Below are positions 17,991 to 32,157 of a stretch of 64,000 bases of DNA, one piece after another. The translations under genes and the position numbers were made by a program. The stretch covers positions 24,738,001 through 24,802,000 of the forward strand of contig JBHGNT010000001.1 in assembly GCA_043228905.1 (NCBI GenBank), given 5' to 3'. The notes below the pieces were generated by a model that made no database searches, was not told where the DNA came from, and was given only the letters and a program-made list of their open reading frames with translations. Source of the DNA: Azolla caroliniana. Taxonomy: Eukaryota > Plantae > Polypodiophyta. Position 1 is the first letter of the stretch. Every line of letters begins with the position of its first letter.

Positions 17991-20900
17991 TATTGCTGAA
18001 AAAAGAGTACGTTTGGATGAGTAGAGATTGTGTAAATTGGGGTTTGTTTCAATTTTGTTGGGGATAAGGGTTGCGTGAGTTTTGCTGGGTTTTTTTGTTG
18101 GTTTTGGAGTTGTTCCTCTATGCTATATATATTGATCCCATTGTGGATTCGAGTTGAACTTTGTTATATTTGGTTTGCTAACTAATGCGAAGTAGTGTTT
18201 CTTGTTTTTGGTAAAAGAAAAACCTTATTGTCATAAAAACTCCATAATGACATATTTCAAATACATAACATATGATCCAATGAGATCTGGAGAAAGTGGG
18301 CAATCTTTTTGAACTCCAATAGAGTTGGTGAACATTTTTGAAATTTCATATCCCTAATTCATATAATGTATCATCTTCTTATAGTTCATTAATCCTTTGG
18401 TGCTAAGAATTCATTCATACATCTCCAATTATGCTCATGGGTTGTCATATCAAGAGGATTTCTTGAGTCTACATAGGTGACAGTCCCTCACCTTTCAAAC
18501 AACTTTCCCTACTGTTATGGTGTAATAAGATGATCGATGGTGCTACAATGTAAGAAGATGATTAATTGTGTTGTGGTGTTTTTGAAAACCTTTTCACTCG
18601 TATCCATCTTTTCATTTACTTTAGTGTGCACTGTGGATACACAATTTTGTTATTCAACATTTATTGCGAGGATTTCCTCTTTGAGACAATTTATCCATCC
18701 CTTAACAATTTGAGGGTATACCTTTGCTACTATTTTTTTATCTTTTTCTAGTGTTCCAACTTTTGAGGGTTTGGCGGTGAATAACGATTAGTAGCACTAT
18801 AAGTACAATGGACTTATGCATATACTTTTTTCTAAAATGAATTCTTCAAAATGACATCTCTTATGAAACCATCCTATTTTCTATGCTCCCTTCTTGGAGG
18901 TAGACCATTGGTGGTGTAGTTATTTTTCTTAGAGAAAATTAAGAATTTCTAGTTTCCACATTGTGAAAATTAAGAATGTTTAATTTTCTTGTTTGAATAT
19001 CCTTGTATTGATTTTAATGACTTATGGACTTGTTCAACATACATCTTGTTGCTTGATCAAGAAATAAAAACTAACAAACGATGAATGATAAAAAGGGAGA
19101 AGGCAAGATTAGTCATCTTGATTCTTGATCCATCCCCAAACCCCATAAGACCGTTATACAAATGGTACTATTGTGCTTAAGCAATCCCAACTCAAGCCCT
19201 CAAATGCTTCCAAATGATGGCTCTTACTAGTTGTGGTGGAGTAGTATCTTGTTTTTCTCCTACATGGTCTTGCATTTCATACACATGTGACTAGTGACAC
19301 AAGTTCCTCAACTCTCTCCAACACAATCCCTTTCAGTGAGCTTATTTGGCTCCTATGAACTTTATTTGGGTTTAAGTGGGTTGTGGGACCTATAGAATGT
19401 AGGGGAGATAAGTTAAAGTCAATAGCCTCTCCATGTTCCAATGTGTGTAGAAGTACACATGAAATATTCTTAGAGATTTTTATAATGTATTGTTGTCTTC
19501 ATATTAATACATTGCCGTACGAAACATCCTCTAATGACATGAAATCTATATGTTAGGCATATATATAATCTCTCTCTACGTATAAGCTTATAACAAACAC
19601 AACATCTCTCTCTCTAAGGTCGTATAACAAGCACCATCTTTAAAATTGAGAAAGTGTATCAAAATAATGACTTAAAATAATCAAGCCCCCACCTAATGTA
19701 ATCGGTTCTCTAAAATACACAATAAAATTTTATTCAAAATATTCTTGCTTTGTCTCTCTTTGAATGAATGATTCTTTTTTCATCCTCTCTTTATAGTCTT
19801 GCTTTGGTAATGTTCTAATTAATTGTTGTTACCATCATTGATCAAATTTCTCTTATATTCCACGAATAATCTAAAATGTCATAAACCACACGCTCAAATT
19901 GTTTTGGCTCAAATTCCATGATTTTTGGCTCAGAAAAGAAATCCTTTATCCAACTAAGGAGTAACACTTTGTGAAGCTTAGTAAAACATTAAAAAAATCT
20001 AGTACTATTGTGGAGCATTATGGAGGGTTATAGAAGGTACTTGAAGGTTAAAGTGAGTCATGAGATTACTCATAGCATCAAAGAAAAGGAATAGTTGAAG
20101 GGGATTGTCCTCACACTTACCGAACCAACACAAATACCAAATGCATTTTGTTCCTTTAACCTTGCTTGTGTTGCCAAGTCTACCTACTTGGTTCTTACCA
20201 AATCATTAGAACTTGTGATCGATAGCTTTGAGAATAAAATTGATGAAATAAAATCAACAAAGTCCTATCTTTGGTCTTAGGATTACTATACATCATTGTA
20301 CATAAAAAGTTGTAAGCTTCTGGGCAGACAAGCTCAAGTTGTAGCCTTCAGGTGTTTTTTCTTAATACTATTGAAGAAAATCTTTGAAGAAGAATAAAAT
20401 AAAATAGATGAAATCAACAATAGGTTCTTCACATATGAGTCGGTCCTTCATAAACTCAAGGTTGAGCATGACCACAATATCAACATTGATATTGTTTTCT
20501 TTGAGTTTAAGGTTGAAGCAAACAACAATGCAAATTTGATAAAAGGAAAAATTAGCATCTTGATATGGGGAGTCAATGATCATGTCCTTGATGAAATCAT
20601 GGTATCTATTGGCATATGTTTCATGGCTATAAAAAAATATCATATTTCACTTGGGGGATTTCGAATGCATGAGGTTTGATCATTGACTCCATTGGATTTG
20701 CGCCCAATGCTTGTCAAAATAATTACAGAGTGATTTTGATCATTGACTCTATGTGTGATAACATGAGATAGATGATGAGAAGCATGTGTATTTGTATCAA
20801 GAGAGATGGATACACAATATGTGAACATACAACAATTAGGAGAGGCAACTATATGCATTACTTCAAAAGGAGGCTTATATAGCTTTTACAAGAGTAATGC

Positions 20901-21299
20901 TACATTTAATGTAGACTTACACTAACACAAAGGTTCTTTGGATAGCATAAAAGGTAATACGCACTAGGCGGAGCTCAAACTATTGGAGAAATGCATATTT
21001 TATAGATGGATTTCTGATAAGGTGGAGTGGATCTACTCTACACTGAAGTATTTATTTAAGCTAACAATTAAAATTTTGAAGAAGGGCTCATTGCCGAAAG
21101 GTACATCTTTTATGTAAGGCCTTAGGGCATTTCTTAATACTAATGTAGTATCATTTTTTTGGAAAAAAATAAAAATAAAATCTAAGTCCACTTCATTATT
21201 CGCTTGGATCTTCATGTTGTACTTCCAAGCAAAAGAAATGTCCTTACACTACATCATCCCATAGTTTTTTAGTAACAGTATGCCATATTGCCATTGTGA

Positions 21300-21600
21300 T
21301 AACAATATCTCATTAAGTGAATGAATTTGCATCTATATGAAGTAATGAGGTTTTCTAGGATCTTTCATTTGAACTTACCTCCATCATACCTTATCACCTT
21401 GCCTATCTCCTCCTATGATGAGGCCATCGACATATATTATGATGGATATTATGCCCTTCTTGTCTTTATGAATATCCAATGAGCGACTAGATATTGACAA
21501 TTGCTACACGGAGACCTCTTCCTCTAGGTCACCTTGTAGAAACACATTCCTTACATTCATTTTTTGTAAGTGTCATCCTTTGCTAGTTGACTTTGGTTGG
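21300..21600 (-). mobile_element. Highly decayed copia RT remnant
   Basis: Minus strand near 21510-21580 reads [20 protein letters not shown] (compare [17 protein letters not shown] at 40080-40135). Confidence 0.6.
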
Positions 21601-24600
21601 TATAATCATATTGTAAAATATGTAACCCTTCTTCTCTTCAAAATACCCGATGAAGACACACTTCTCCACCTCTACTAGAACATGTATATGGGCTATTGAG
21701 CCAAAAACTCTAACATGTTAAAGATTGTCCTTCCTTATATCAAACTTCTCTTTTGATGTAGCTTTCTATGCATTTGTCATTGTGCACTTATTCATAATAT
21801 ACACAATTGTTACAATGTTTGTTGTTATTGTCCAACAGTACTTGAGCATCATCTTTTCTTCCAACATTGTGTTTACCGCTCCATTATGTTGTGGTGTTTA
21901 CCTTCATTTGTCCTACCATCATATTCCTTAATAAATCATGAAGTTGTGAACTCATCTTAGAAGTACTTTTCTCCATTAAATCTCAAGAAATAACTACTCT
22001 TGCTTAATTGTTTCTCTACCAACATTATAATGTATTGGAGTTCTTGAATGCTTCACTCTTGTGCATCATGAAGTTTATCCATGTCCATTTGGAGTAGTAA
22101 TCTGTGAAGGTAACATAGTACTTAGATGTTTGAGGGCTTGTTGAACAATCCACTAACAAAAGAGTGGAATGTGTCAAGTACACTTTTTCTCACATTGCTT
22201 TCTTAGGGGAATAGACACATGATTTACTTTCCAAGCTAACATGCCTTGTGTAAAGCCAAAACTTTGTTAATCCACTCATTGCATTTTCCCTTAAAGTTGT
22301 GCTTAGGGTGGATATACAAATGTGTTCGATCCTCTTTTGGCATAGGTCTATGTCGAATATAGTGGAGTTATGCATGTAAATAATACTCACAACTTCTTAC
22401 ACGATCCTTTTGCTTGGTTATTCTTGAAATGACTTTCTCTAACTATCATAGGACATGAGTTTGCACACTCTCTATAAGGTTAAGCTTTGCTCTTATACTA
22501 TGTTAAATTTATTAGAGAGTGCTTAGGGTGTGTGTGATTGATTAGAATGAGATAGATAATATGAAGCACGTGTGTTTGTGTGAGAAGGATACATAGATAC
22601 AATATATGAGGATACAAGGAGGAGAGACAACTATAGTTATTACTAAAAAAAGGCGACTATAAGACTTTTAGAAAGATAGTGTTGCATTGAATGTAGCCTA
22701 ACACTAATGCACTATTTTGTACATATGTTATCCTACAAGACATGAAGAATATATAGAGGAGACTTTCGAGAACTTCTCATATAAGGGTGTTTAATCTAAC
22801 ACAAACGTTAGTCCTACATTTCTAACATTCCCAAGGATAGACATGGTGATTTCATCAAGAATATGATCATTGGTGTCTTTTAGGATGATTATAAGGTCTT
22901 GATTATTGAACTCCACTAGTGGTTTTGTGGCCGATATTTCTAAAGATTGACAAACTAAGTTTCTTTTGCACAATGTCACTAGACCATAGTATGCATTGTG
23001 TTATTACTTACCCAATGTTAAGATCTATTGGAACATATATATTTTGTAGCGTGTGGTTCATTATTTGGGCTTTTAAAACCTCCATCTCAATGTGTCTTAT
23101 CATACGCTGATTTTGGCTTCCCTTCTTATCAATGTCAAATATACTTTGAGGTGTTGAGGTATTGGGGGTTGTGACTAACGACATATGTGTTACACCTTTG
23201 AAATTGATGCACGATTTGGGGAGCAAAGATATCTTAGGCACTTGAAAGTAGGTCACTTATTAGTTCTCATTGTTGGGAACCTTGGAATGATGTCGCTCAA
23301 GGAGATCCAAATATCTAAGTTGGTAGCATCATACTTGCCTTTTGTGTTTGTCTTTTCATCACATGCTTCTCAAAGTTTATGGAATCCCAATTGAGACCTC
23401 ATGTTTGTCTCTCTTTATTTGCAGCTTTTTTTTTATACTTTTGTAGTTAATACAACTCTATTTACGAGAAAATTTATCTATTTAATAGGAAATATTACTT
23501 CATGATCTCAAACAATCTCACATAATTTGTCTCATATATCATCTCGAAAGAGATACACTGCTTCATTGATATGCATACATTAATTTGATATTGATTTAAA
23601 TGCAACACTACATAATCACTGGAATAATACGGGTTTCTTGTTATCCATGAATGATATCGCTTGTCCTTTATATGGAGTGAAGCCTTTAACTGAAATTGCC
23701 ACCGGTAAGATGTTATGAGATGATATAAGACACTACGGGCTAATTTTGCCATGCAAAGATTACCTTAAATAGTCTTCATTTTGTTATTGGGAATATAGAT
23801 TCCTTTCTTTTCCCTTTGGGGCCATGTTCCACTAACTTCTCTTCAAATTTCAAAGATCTTTTCTTGTCTAACAAAATTACAAAATTGTACACATGTCCCT
23901 TGTGCTTGAGAATTTTGACATTACGTTTCCAAAATATAAAACAAAGTGTCTAAATCAATAGATTATAATCACTTTATGATAAACACCTATAATCCTATGT
24001 AGCCTAGTGTGACTATTTAGTCTACCATAGGTTCAAAATTCAAGAAAATGCTAGCCTTTTGACTAACCTCTCCAATGAGATGACTTTATGTACTATTTCT
24101 AACACAAATTGAGTGTCCACAGTCCATTCCCCATGACCACCACACCAATCAAAGTAACTATTCAACAATCGTTTCATTTATTTATTTCTTGCATCGTGAA
24201 TGTGCCAATCATCTAACACACTTGTCAAGACAAAATCAATTCTACAAGAATCTGAAGTCTATGAAAGCTAGGATTGACTTCAAGTATGATCTTATGGTGA
24301 GTGAATCTCATTAACTCAAAGAAATCCATGTCTATTATTCAAAAATACAATCGTGTCTCAAGATTTTTGTACTATTTTTTTAGTTGATCTTTTTTAAGAA
24401 CACCATGAATGTACTCGAAAATGAATAATCCATATTGATGCGAGGATTGGGAAAGCACCATGCATACACACTTTTTAACTAAGAAAGCATACCCCCCCTT
24501 GAAAGACAACTAGGATTTCATGACTAGGTGGGGTTCGATGTTGTAAAATTTCCTCAAACTACGACATGCTAGTTGTAAAAGGTTCTAAAACAAAGCCAGT

Positions 24601-26962
24601 AGAAAGTGGAGAAGCTTATTTTTGCAATATTTTTCAAGCAGTCATTGCCAATTGGTTCTCTTATGAATTGTAAGCAAATATTGAAGGAGTGATCTATAAC
24701 GAGGTAGATGCAATGGTGTAGAAAAAGATAGTTAGCCTTCTAAGTTCTCTCTCTGAAATTATTTTTATGATGTTTTTATTAACATATGTTAAAATCGAAG
24801 CATGATAATGCATTCATTTTGTATTTATCTTTCTAAACATTTGTGTTGAATTGAGAAGATTCTCTCAATATATTTCAAATACAAAATGGAAAAAATACCT
24901 TGTTTGACATGGAAAAAGAGAGACCAAATATCACAATGTGCTTCGCTCACAAATTAGTACCATGGAAAAGACACCTTAATATGCATCATCATAAATGTTC
25001 ACATCCATATCATGTGTGCTAATAAATCTATGTAGTTTACATTACACAATGTTCTTTTGCCGTGAGGAAGCTAGATAAGGCCACCATTATTTGATTGGCT
25101 TGCTTCACATTTTTATCACTAGAAAATCTAGAAAGAAGAGTAATACCCAACATTTTTATCAAATCTTGACGTACCCAACATGACTATCAAACACTTCTTC
25201 CAACACACTTCTTAAGTCTGGATGGTTTTATGTTCAAGCACAACATTAAGGTTGACGACACATTCTCTTTTCCTTTCTCACCAATTCTCTTATTCATATT
25301 CTTCTTTCCCCTTCTTCTTGTTTCAACCCTCATTTTATTTTTTTGCAAGTGCCTTCTTGGCCATACCATTATGGATTGTTTTTAATGCTCTATTAACGTT
25401 AAAAGTGAAATGACAATGAGACATTCAAATAACTTTTTATTATCAAGGATGTGGAATATTGTTGCAATGGCTTGTGCATATTGTCTTAGTGATAATTATA
25501 GCGATTTATTTTGCCGTTAAGGGAATGAAGGTCTGTATCATGATTTAGAAGTGAAGATTCTTCATGACAAGCAATAGACTTCAACCACCAAACAAAATTG
25601 AGAAATACTATTTTGCCGTTATGGGAATGAAGGTTTGTATCATAAGTGAAGGTACTTCATGACAAGCAGCAATTTCGAGGAACAATCATAGATTTAATGG
25701 GTGATGTCTTTGCAATGCCTTTGCAACTAGAAGACTTCAACTACCAAACAAAATCAAGAAACACATTCCTTTATTTATGCATCATCTGGGCATGAAATTA
25801 TCTCCCAAATCCTTTTCATCTTAATGTAAATCTTCCTCTATTTTCGTAAGAATAGTATAAAATAGTGATGCGTGATGTAAGGTTAGTGAATTGTGTTTGT
25901 CCTATCATTTGTGTTTTTATTCATTGGGAGGACCATAATGGGAATTTTATAGGAGGATAACATTGTAACCATATATGCTAGTTCGCACTTGCATGCAAAA
26001 TACATGAGACCAAATACCATTTTATCAACAATCCCATCTAGACATTATGTAAGATTAATGTCATCCATCTTGCATGGATAGATTGAAAGCTACTGACAAT
26101 CTTGAAGCCAATCTAGAACTTTTCCAATATATGACATTCCCCAAATAATTGAACATTGGTTGATTTTAGCGGAATGGCCGCCTTAGATAGATTAAAAGAA
26201 TGGAGATGCTTGGTTTCATGATTCCATATATCTAAATAGTTAGTGAAATGTATTTATTCACTATGGATCTGTCATTACTCCCCCCATCCTTGGGTCCATT
26301 CTTTCTTATGGTATAGTCCCACAAAGCTCACTCGTGTTCTCTTAGGTGTGGAATGTTGTGCTTGACATGATGAAGAGTTCTCTTATCATTATAAATAGTT
26401 ATGAGAAGTGTATATGGTGAATTTGGGGAAATTGGAATGTCAACAAAATCCACATGTTAAAATTAAATTTATCAATATTCTTGTTGTTGTTTGACAAAAG
26501 TATAACTATATGGAGTCTGGACAAATAGGAAGTATGTACAAAGGGTGTTGTGAAGGTATTCTCCCAAACCCCCTAGATCTTTGTACTCTAGTTTCAACTT
26601 AAGTTATTACCGTACTATACTAATGGGAAGTTCTTGTAACATGAATAAATGCATACAATGCCACAAACTTTAGGTATGGAAACACAAGAATAGGGCACTC
26701 TTTGGGCATTCAAGGTTCACTCACACACATGAAGATTGGCAAGAAACACAAACATCTTAGTACACCAAATGAGGTACCTCTTCCTTTCTCGAAGAAGAAT
26801 GATGTTTGATGGAGACTCTTATTTGTTTTCAACCATGCAATGAGCACACATGTTTACCTTTGCACCTTTTCGACTTGGATGCAAGCTCTTCTTGGTTAAA
26901 CAATCAAATCCCTTCACACTAATGTGGGACAACCTTTTATGCCATACCTTTGACATGTCATT

Positions 26963-27421
26963 TGTTAGAGCTAGATCCTAATGTAAGCATGAGATAAGGA
27001 AATATATTATTAGAAAATAGAGAGGAGAGAGAGAAAGAAGGGTGCCGATCTACCCAACCACCCCCGAATGAAGTGATCAAGACGAACTCGAGCCTTGATC
27101 AGCGCCCCATACGACCGTCGTGGCATCGAGTCATACCTGGTACGGGTGGACTCGCTTACAAGAGTAAGATCACCACTTAAGTAGAGTCTTGACATAGTTA
27201 AATGATGTCTCCAATGAGGGTAGCTAGGCCTCATATTTATAGCCAGACCTAAGGCCCCAAGGCGAGTTCACACTTGGCTTTAATGGGTTGTCTCAATCCC
27301 AAGTATTCAAAGTAATCCTTCCCTTCTTTACACTCTCGTTTAACCCTCACACTTTATCCAAGTGTATAGAATACTACGGTACAATCTTACCACGAGATAT
27401 TATATGGTCATGCCCGTAACA
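26963..27421. mobile_element. Solo LTR with perfect 5-bp TSD TCATT
   Basis: TGTTA...TAACA termini. TCATT lies at 26958-26962 and 27422-27426. The motif ATGAGGGTAGCTA(A/G)GCCTCATATTTATA is shared with a relic at ~14330-14360. Confidence 0.85.
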
Positions 27422-28048
27422 TCATTGCTTTCAACAACATTTAAAAGGTTAATAGAAATAGAAGTGAGTAGAAATAGGGCATTTCTTACCTACAACCAAG
27501 GATTCCTTACTGAGATTCCATTTCCCCTTGTTCAAGATGTTTAAGTAACCAATGACCATATCATCATCTAGCCTACCAGTGTTGATCAAATGTAAATGAA
27601 TATGAGTTACATGCATTACCTCCTTAAGAATAAACTTTAATCCTGTGTTGGTCTTCAAAGAGATAGACCTTATTAGGAAATAAAAATAATATTGTGAACA
27701 CGTTCGCATTCACAAGTGGAAGGATAAGGAATATTCCGTTTGATTTTAGTACTTTTTCAGTGATAATACAAAACACATTGATACCAGTATCATACATTCT
27801 CAAATATACTATGAAAAAGGTTAAAAATCCACCGTTTTTGTGATTAAAAATAAATTAAAAAAGTGAAATTTCAAAAAGTTACATTCTCAATTTATATCAC
27901 AAACTTTACAACCAATGTTTTTTTTATAAGAAACGATATTCATAGGAATCGAAAGAATTCAAAACACATGCTTTTATATTACTCGATTTGTTACAAGCTG
28001 AAGGTAGTTACACTTAATAGACATGAATGTACATTCATGATCACTCCT

Positions 28049-28142
28049 TTACGAAGAATCACTACTATAACTAATATACAATGAGGATTCCTCCTCGTCA
28101 TCCTCGGATGTACCAATCAATGCATTATCTTCATCATAAACC
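28049..28142 (-). pseudogene. Probable severed acidic C-terminal tail of the Sola-like transposase
   Basis: Minus strand reads VYDEDNALIGTSEDDEEESSLYISYSSDSS* directly beyond the copia left LTR, on the same strand as the 32158-34818 frame that runs into the copia right LTR. Confidence 0.45.
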
Positions 28143-31100
28143 TGTTGGGAAGTCGGTCCTTCCGAATGGGATCCGGTTATGAATGAAGTGGACCTGGTGA
28201 GAACTGGAAGAAGACATATTTGTAATATGTTTTTTTGAGTAAGCCTATTGTGGCTATACTTGTAAATAGCCCTAAGTTCATATAAGTATAAATATGACTT
28301 AAGGCAATCACTTAGTTAGTGTTGTTGTCATATTGTTGTAATTGTTGTATAGAGAGCGACAAAGAGAGAGAGAGAGAGTGTAAGATATAGAGAAATACTC
28401 TGTTGTAACTGTTGGCTGGCAAAGATACAAAGCTCGAGGTCGGTGCCTCCGAGTCTCTGATTGTACCTTTGTCATATAGTGATAGTTTGGAGTCCGTGGG
28501 CTCCCGTGGATTTGCCCTATTTGGGTTTTCCACGTAAACATCCTGTGTATTTCCTTTGTGTACTCTCTACTTCCCATTTCTGTGTTCCATTCCCATTGAA
28601 GTGATTCAAGACTCGGTTGTGGCCGATGCACTATTCTCCACAAACTGGTATTAGAGCGAACAACACAAGAAATGGAAGAATCGTTTGACGGCATGTTCAA
28701 GCCCACCGGCTCCAACTACTCAGTGTGGAAGTCGAAGATGAGGGATATGGTGGTGGTTAAAGATCTTTGGTTACCGGTACAGTTCGGGGACAAGAGACCG
28801 GATAAGATCAACGCCACAGTGTGGGAAGTGATGCACATGAAGACGACGACATACATCCGGTGCTTCATCGACATGAGCCTATACAATAACTTCAATGAAG
28901 AAAGTAAGGCTCATGAACTTTGGGAGAAGATCAACATCATGTTCCAGAACAAGAATGCCGTTAATCGGGTTTCGGTATTCCGGAAGCTAGTGAGGCTTCG
29001 GTACCAGGACGACTCCAGTATGGCGGAGCACATGAATGCCTTCCAGGGGTTGATACACCAAGCAACCTCGTTGGAAGTACCTCTTGCCGATGAGGTACTC
29101 GCATTGCTCCTGCTCGGTTCCCTCCCGGATAGCTGGGAGACGTTAGTTGTCACGTTGGGCATCGCCGGGCTGGAAGGAAAACAGTTGTCCTTAGCAAGGG
29201 TAAAATCAAGCTTGCTAGATGAAGAAGCTCTCCGGAAGGACCGGGAGTCCGGAACCGATCCGAAGGCCTTGGTCACAGAAAATGACCACAACCGGGGAAG
29301 AGGCCGGTATCGGAGTCCCCAAAACCGGGACAAATCAGGGACGAGGTCGAAGTCAATGGGGAGGCCCACGTCCTTCTATTGCGGGAAGCCGGGATACTTC
29401 TAGAAGAACTACCGACATTTCCGGAAGGAGAAAGAAACTGGCACCACCGATTCGAAGAAGAGTTCGAACCGAAACGGTTCGGACCGGAGAGGCCCGGATC
29501 GGAAGGGAACGTCGGCAATCGCGACAAGTGAAGAAGAATTGATGCTCATTACCGAAGAGAATGAGTAAACCTTGTCGGCGACGAGACAACGTGGGTTGTC
29601 GATTCCGGAGCGTCGTTCCACCTAACACCGGACCGAAGATGCTTCTCATCCTACACAGCTGGAGATCATGGTTGTGTCCGGATGGGGAATGAAGGTACAT
29701 GCCGAATTGTCGGCATAGGAGATGTGTTGTTGATGACATCAATCGGATGCAAGTTGTTGCTGAAGGATGTTCGACATGTTTCGGAGGTTCGACTGAACCT
29801 GATATCAGCCAATCGGGGATAGATGGTGAAGGTTACATGGGTAGCATCTGGAACGGAGTCATGAAGCTCAACAAAGGGAGCCTAATTGTGGCCCGAGCCC
29901 GGAAGATCAACACACTGTACTTGATAAATGCCCGGATATGCCGGGAAGAAGTGAACGTAACATCTGACACTGCTGGTGAGTTGTGGCACAAAAGACTGTG
30001 TCACATGAGTGAGAAGGGTGAAAGGATGAACCGGACCATAATGGAGAGAGTCCAAAGCATGCTAGAACATGCAAAGTTACCCAAGATGTTTTGGGCTGAG
30101 GCATTGACGAAGGAGACCTATGTGATAAATAGACGGATAAATAGACCTATCCGTCTTCTCTGCCTTTGTCCTCGGACTTTGTTTTCCGGATAGCTTGCAA
30201 TTTGCCAGAAGTGTCGATCCGACCGGCTTCGCCTCTAACATGTTGAACCGTTGAAGCGCCTTTGTCACGTACTTCTCCTGTGACAACCACAACAGCTTCT
30301 TCGACCAGTCCCGGATGATGTGCATTCCCAATATCTGTCTTTTCGGCCCCAAGTCTTTCATTGAGAAGGTCCGGTTCAGAGCCTTCTTCAGCATCTGAAT
30401 CTTGCCTTGGTCTTGTCCAACGATCAGCATATCATCCACATATAGGAGGAGTATCAGGAAATCTCCTCCATCAAATTTCTTCACAAACATGCAGTGATCG
30501 GCCTGTGTCTTGTGGTATACTTGGCCGGTCATGAAGGAGTCGAACTTCTGGTACCATTGCCGGGGAGCTTGCTTCAGTCCGTATAGGCTCTTCTTTAGCC
30601 GGCACACCAGGTGCTCCTTCCCTTTCTTCTCAAATCCTTCCGGTTGATGCATATAAATCTCTTCTTCGAGGTCACCATGGAGGAATGTCATATTCACGTC
30701 CAGTTGCTCTACCTCGAGGTTCATGCTTGCCGTTATGCCCATTACCGTCCGGATGGATGTCATCTTTACTACCGGGGCAAAGATCTCATCGAAGTCCACT
30801 CCTTTCTTCTGCTGGAAGCCCTTCACCACGATCCGAGCTTTGTACCTTGGTGGATTTCTAGCGTCTCCCGGTTTCAGCTTGTACACCCACTTGTTCTGGA
30901 GTGCTCTCTTCCCTTTCGGCAACTCCGTCAATTCGTATGTGTGGTTCTCATGCAGGGAATCCATCTCGTCCTGCATGGCACTCAACCACTTGCAGCGGTG
31001 GGTGTCTCTCTTTGCTTCTTTGAAGCTTTCCAGCTCCCCCTCATCGGTTAGCAACACATGCTCTACATCCGGAAATCTCCGGGGGGATCTTCTCTCTCAG

Positions 31101-32150
31101 AGAGGATATCTCCATCCTTGGCTTCTGATTACCGGTTCCTTCGTTTGTTCCGAATCCGAATCTGATTCGGGATCTTGTCTGGTTCCGGTGTCTTCTTCTT
31201 CTTCTCCGGATATGCCCGGAAGATCAACACACTGTACTTGATAAATGCCCGGATATGCCGGGAAGAAGTGAACGTAACATCTGACACTGCTANNNNNNNN
31301 NNNNNNNNNNNNNNNNNNNNNNNNNNNNNNNNNNNNNNNNNNNNNNNNNNNNNNNNNNNNNNNNNNNNNNNNNNNNNNNNNNNNNNNNNNNNAAGCGGAG
31401 GTACCACTTTATCAGGGAGAGAGTAGAAGATCAAGTGTTCGTGTTGATGAAGATCCACACGAAGGAGAACGGGTCGGATATACTGACCAAGGTGTTGACA
31501 ACTCACAAGCTAGATGCGTGCCGAAAGCGGATTGGGCTGATTAGACATCCCATGTCAGAGTGAAGGGGGAGATTGTTGGGAAGTCAGTCCCTTCGAATGG
31601 GATCCGGTTATGAATGAAGTGGACCCGGAAGAGATACGGAAACCGGATTGGATGGACCCGGTGAGAACCGGTGGAGATCTGGAAATCAGATCGGATGGAC
31701 CCGGTGAGAACCGGAAGAAGACATATTTGTAAATATGTTTTTTTGAGTAAGCATATTGTGGCTATATTTGTAAATAGTCCTAAGTTCATATAAGTATAAA
31801 TATGACTTAGGGCAATCACTTAGTTAGTGTTGTTGTCATATTGTTGTAACTGTTGTATAGAGATCGACAGAGAGAGAGAGAGAGAGAGAGAGTGTAAGAT
31901 ATAGAGAAATACTCTATTGTAACAACCGGTTGGCGAAGATACAGAGCTGAAGGTCGTTGCCTCCGAGTCTCTGATTGTACCTTTGACATATAGTGATAGT
32001 TTGGAGTCCGTGGGCTCCCGTGGATTTGCCCTATTTGGGTTTTCCACGTAAACATCCTGTGTATTTCCTTTGTGTACTCTCTACTTCCCATTTCTGTGTT
32101 CCATTCCCATTGAAGTGATTCAAGACTCGGTTGTGGCCGAGCAATATTCC
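28143..32150 (+). mobile_element. Rearranged Ty1/copia element: LTR 28143-28642, PBS(iMet) 28646-28657, gag from 28672, internal deletions, inverted RT block ~30150-31205, PPT 31558-31573, LTR 31574-~32150
   Basis: Similar direct LTRs start TGTTGGGAAGTC. PBS is TGGTATTAGAGC. Gag is nearly identical to the gag at 45600. The RT ORF 30077-31057 lies on the opposite strand. Confidence 0.88.
31293..31392. other. Assembly gap (100 N)
   Basis: Run of n characters. Confidence 1.
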
Positions 32151-32157
32151 GTGCTAT

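Noticed and set aside
12700-26900. Numerous short ORFs and weak dispersed repeats (e.g. 20750-20930 vs 22530-22710; 25510-25760 duplication)
   Set aside because: AT-rich decayed TE debris with no coherent gene model, and boundaries cannot be supported.
27430-28050. Left TIR of the proposed Sola-MTase transposon
   Set aside because: No convincing inverted match to 53470-55200 was found by eye, so the termini remain undefined.
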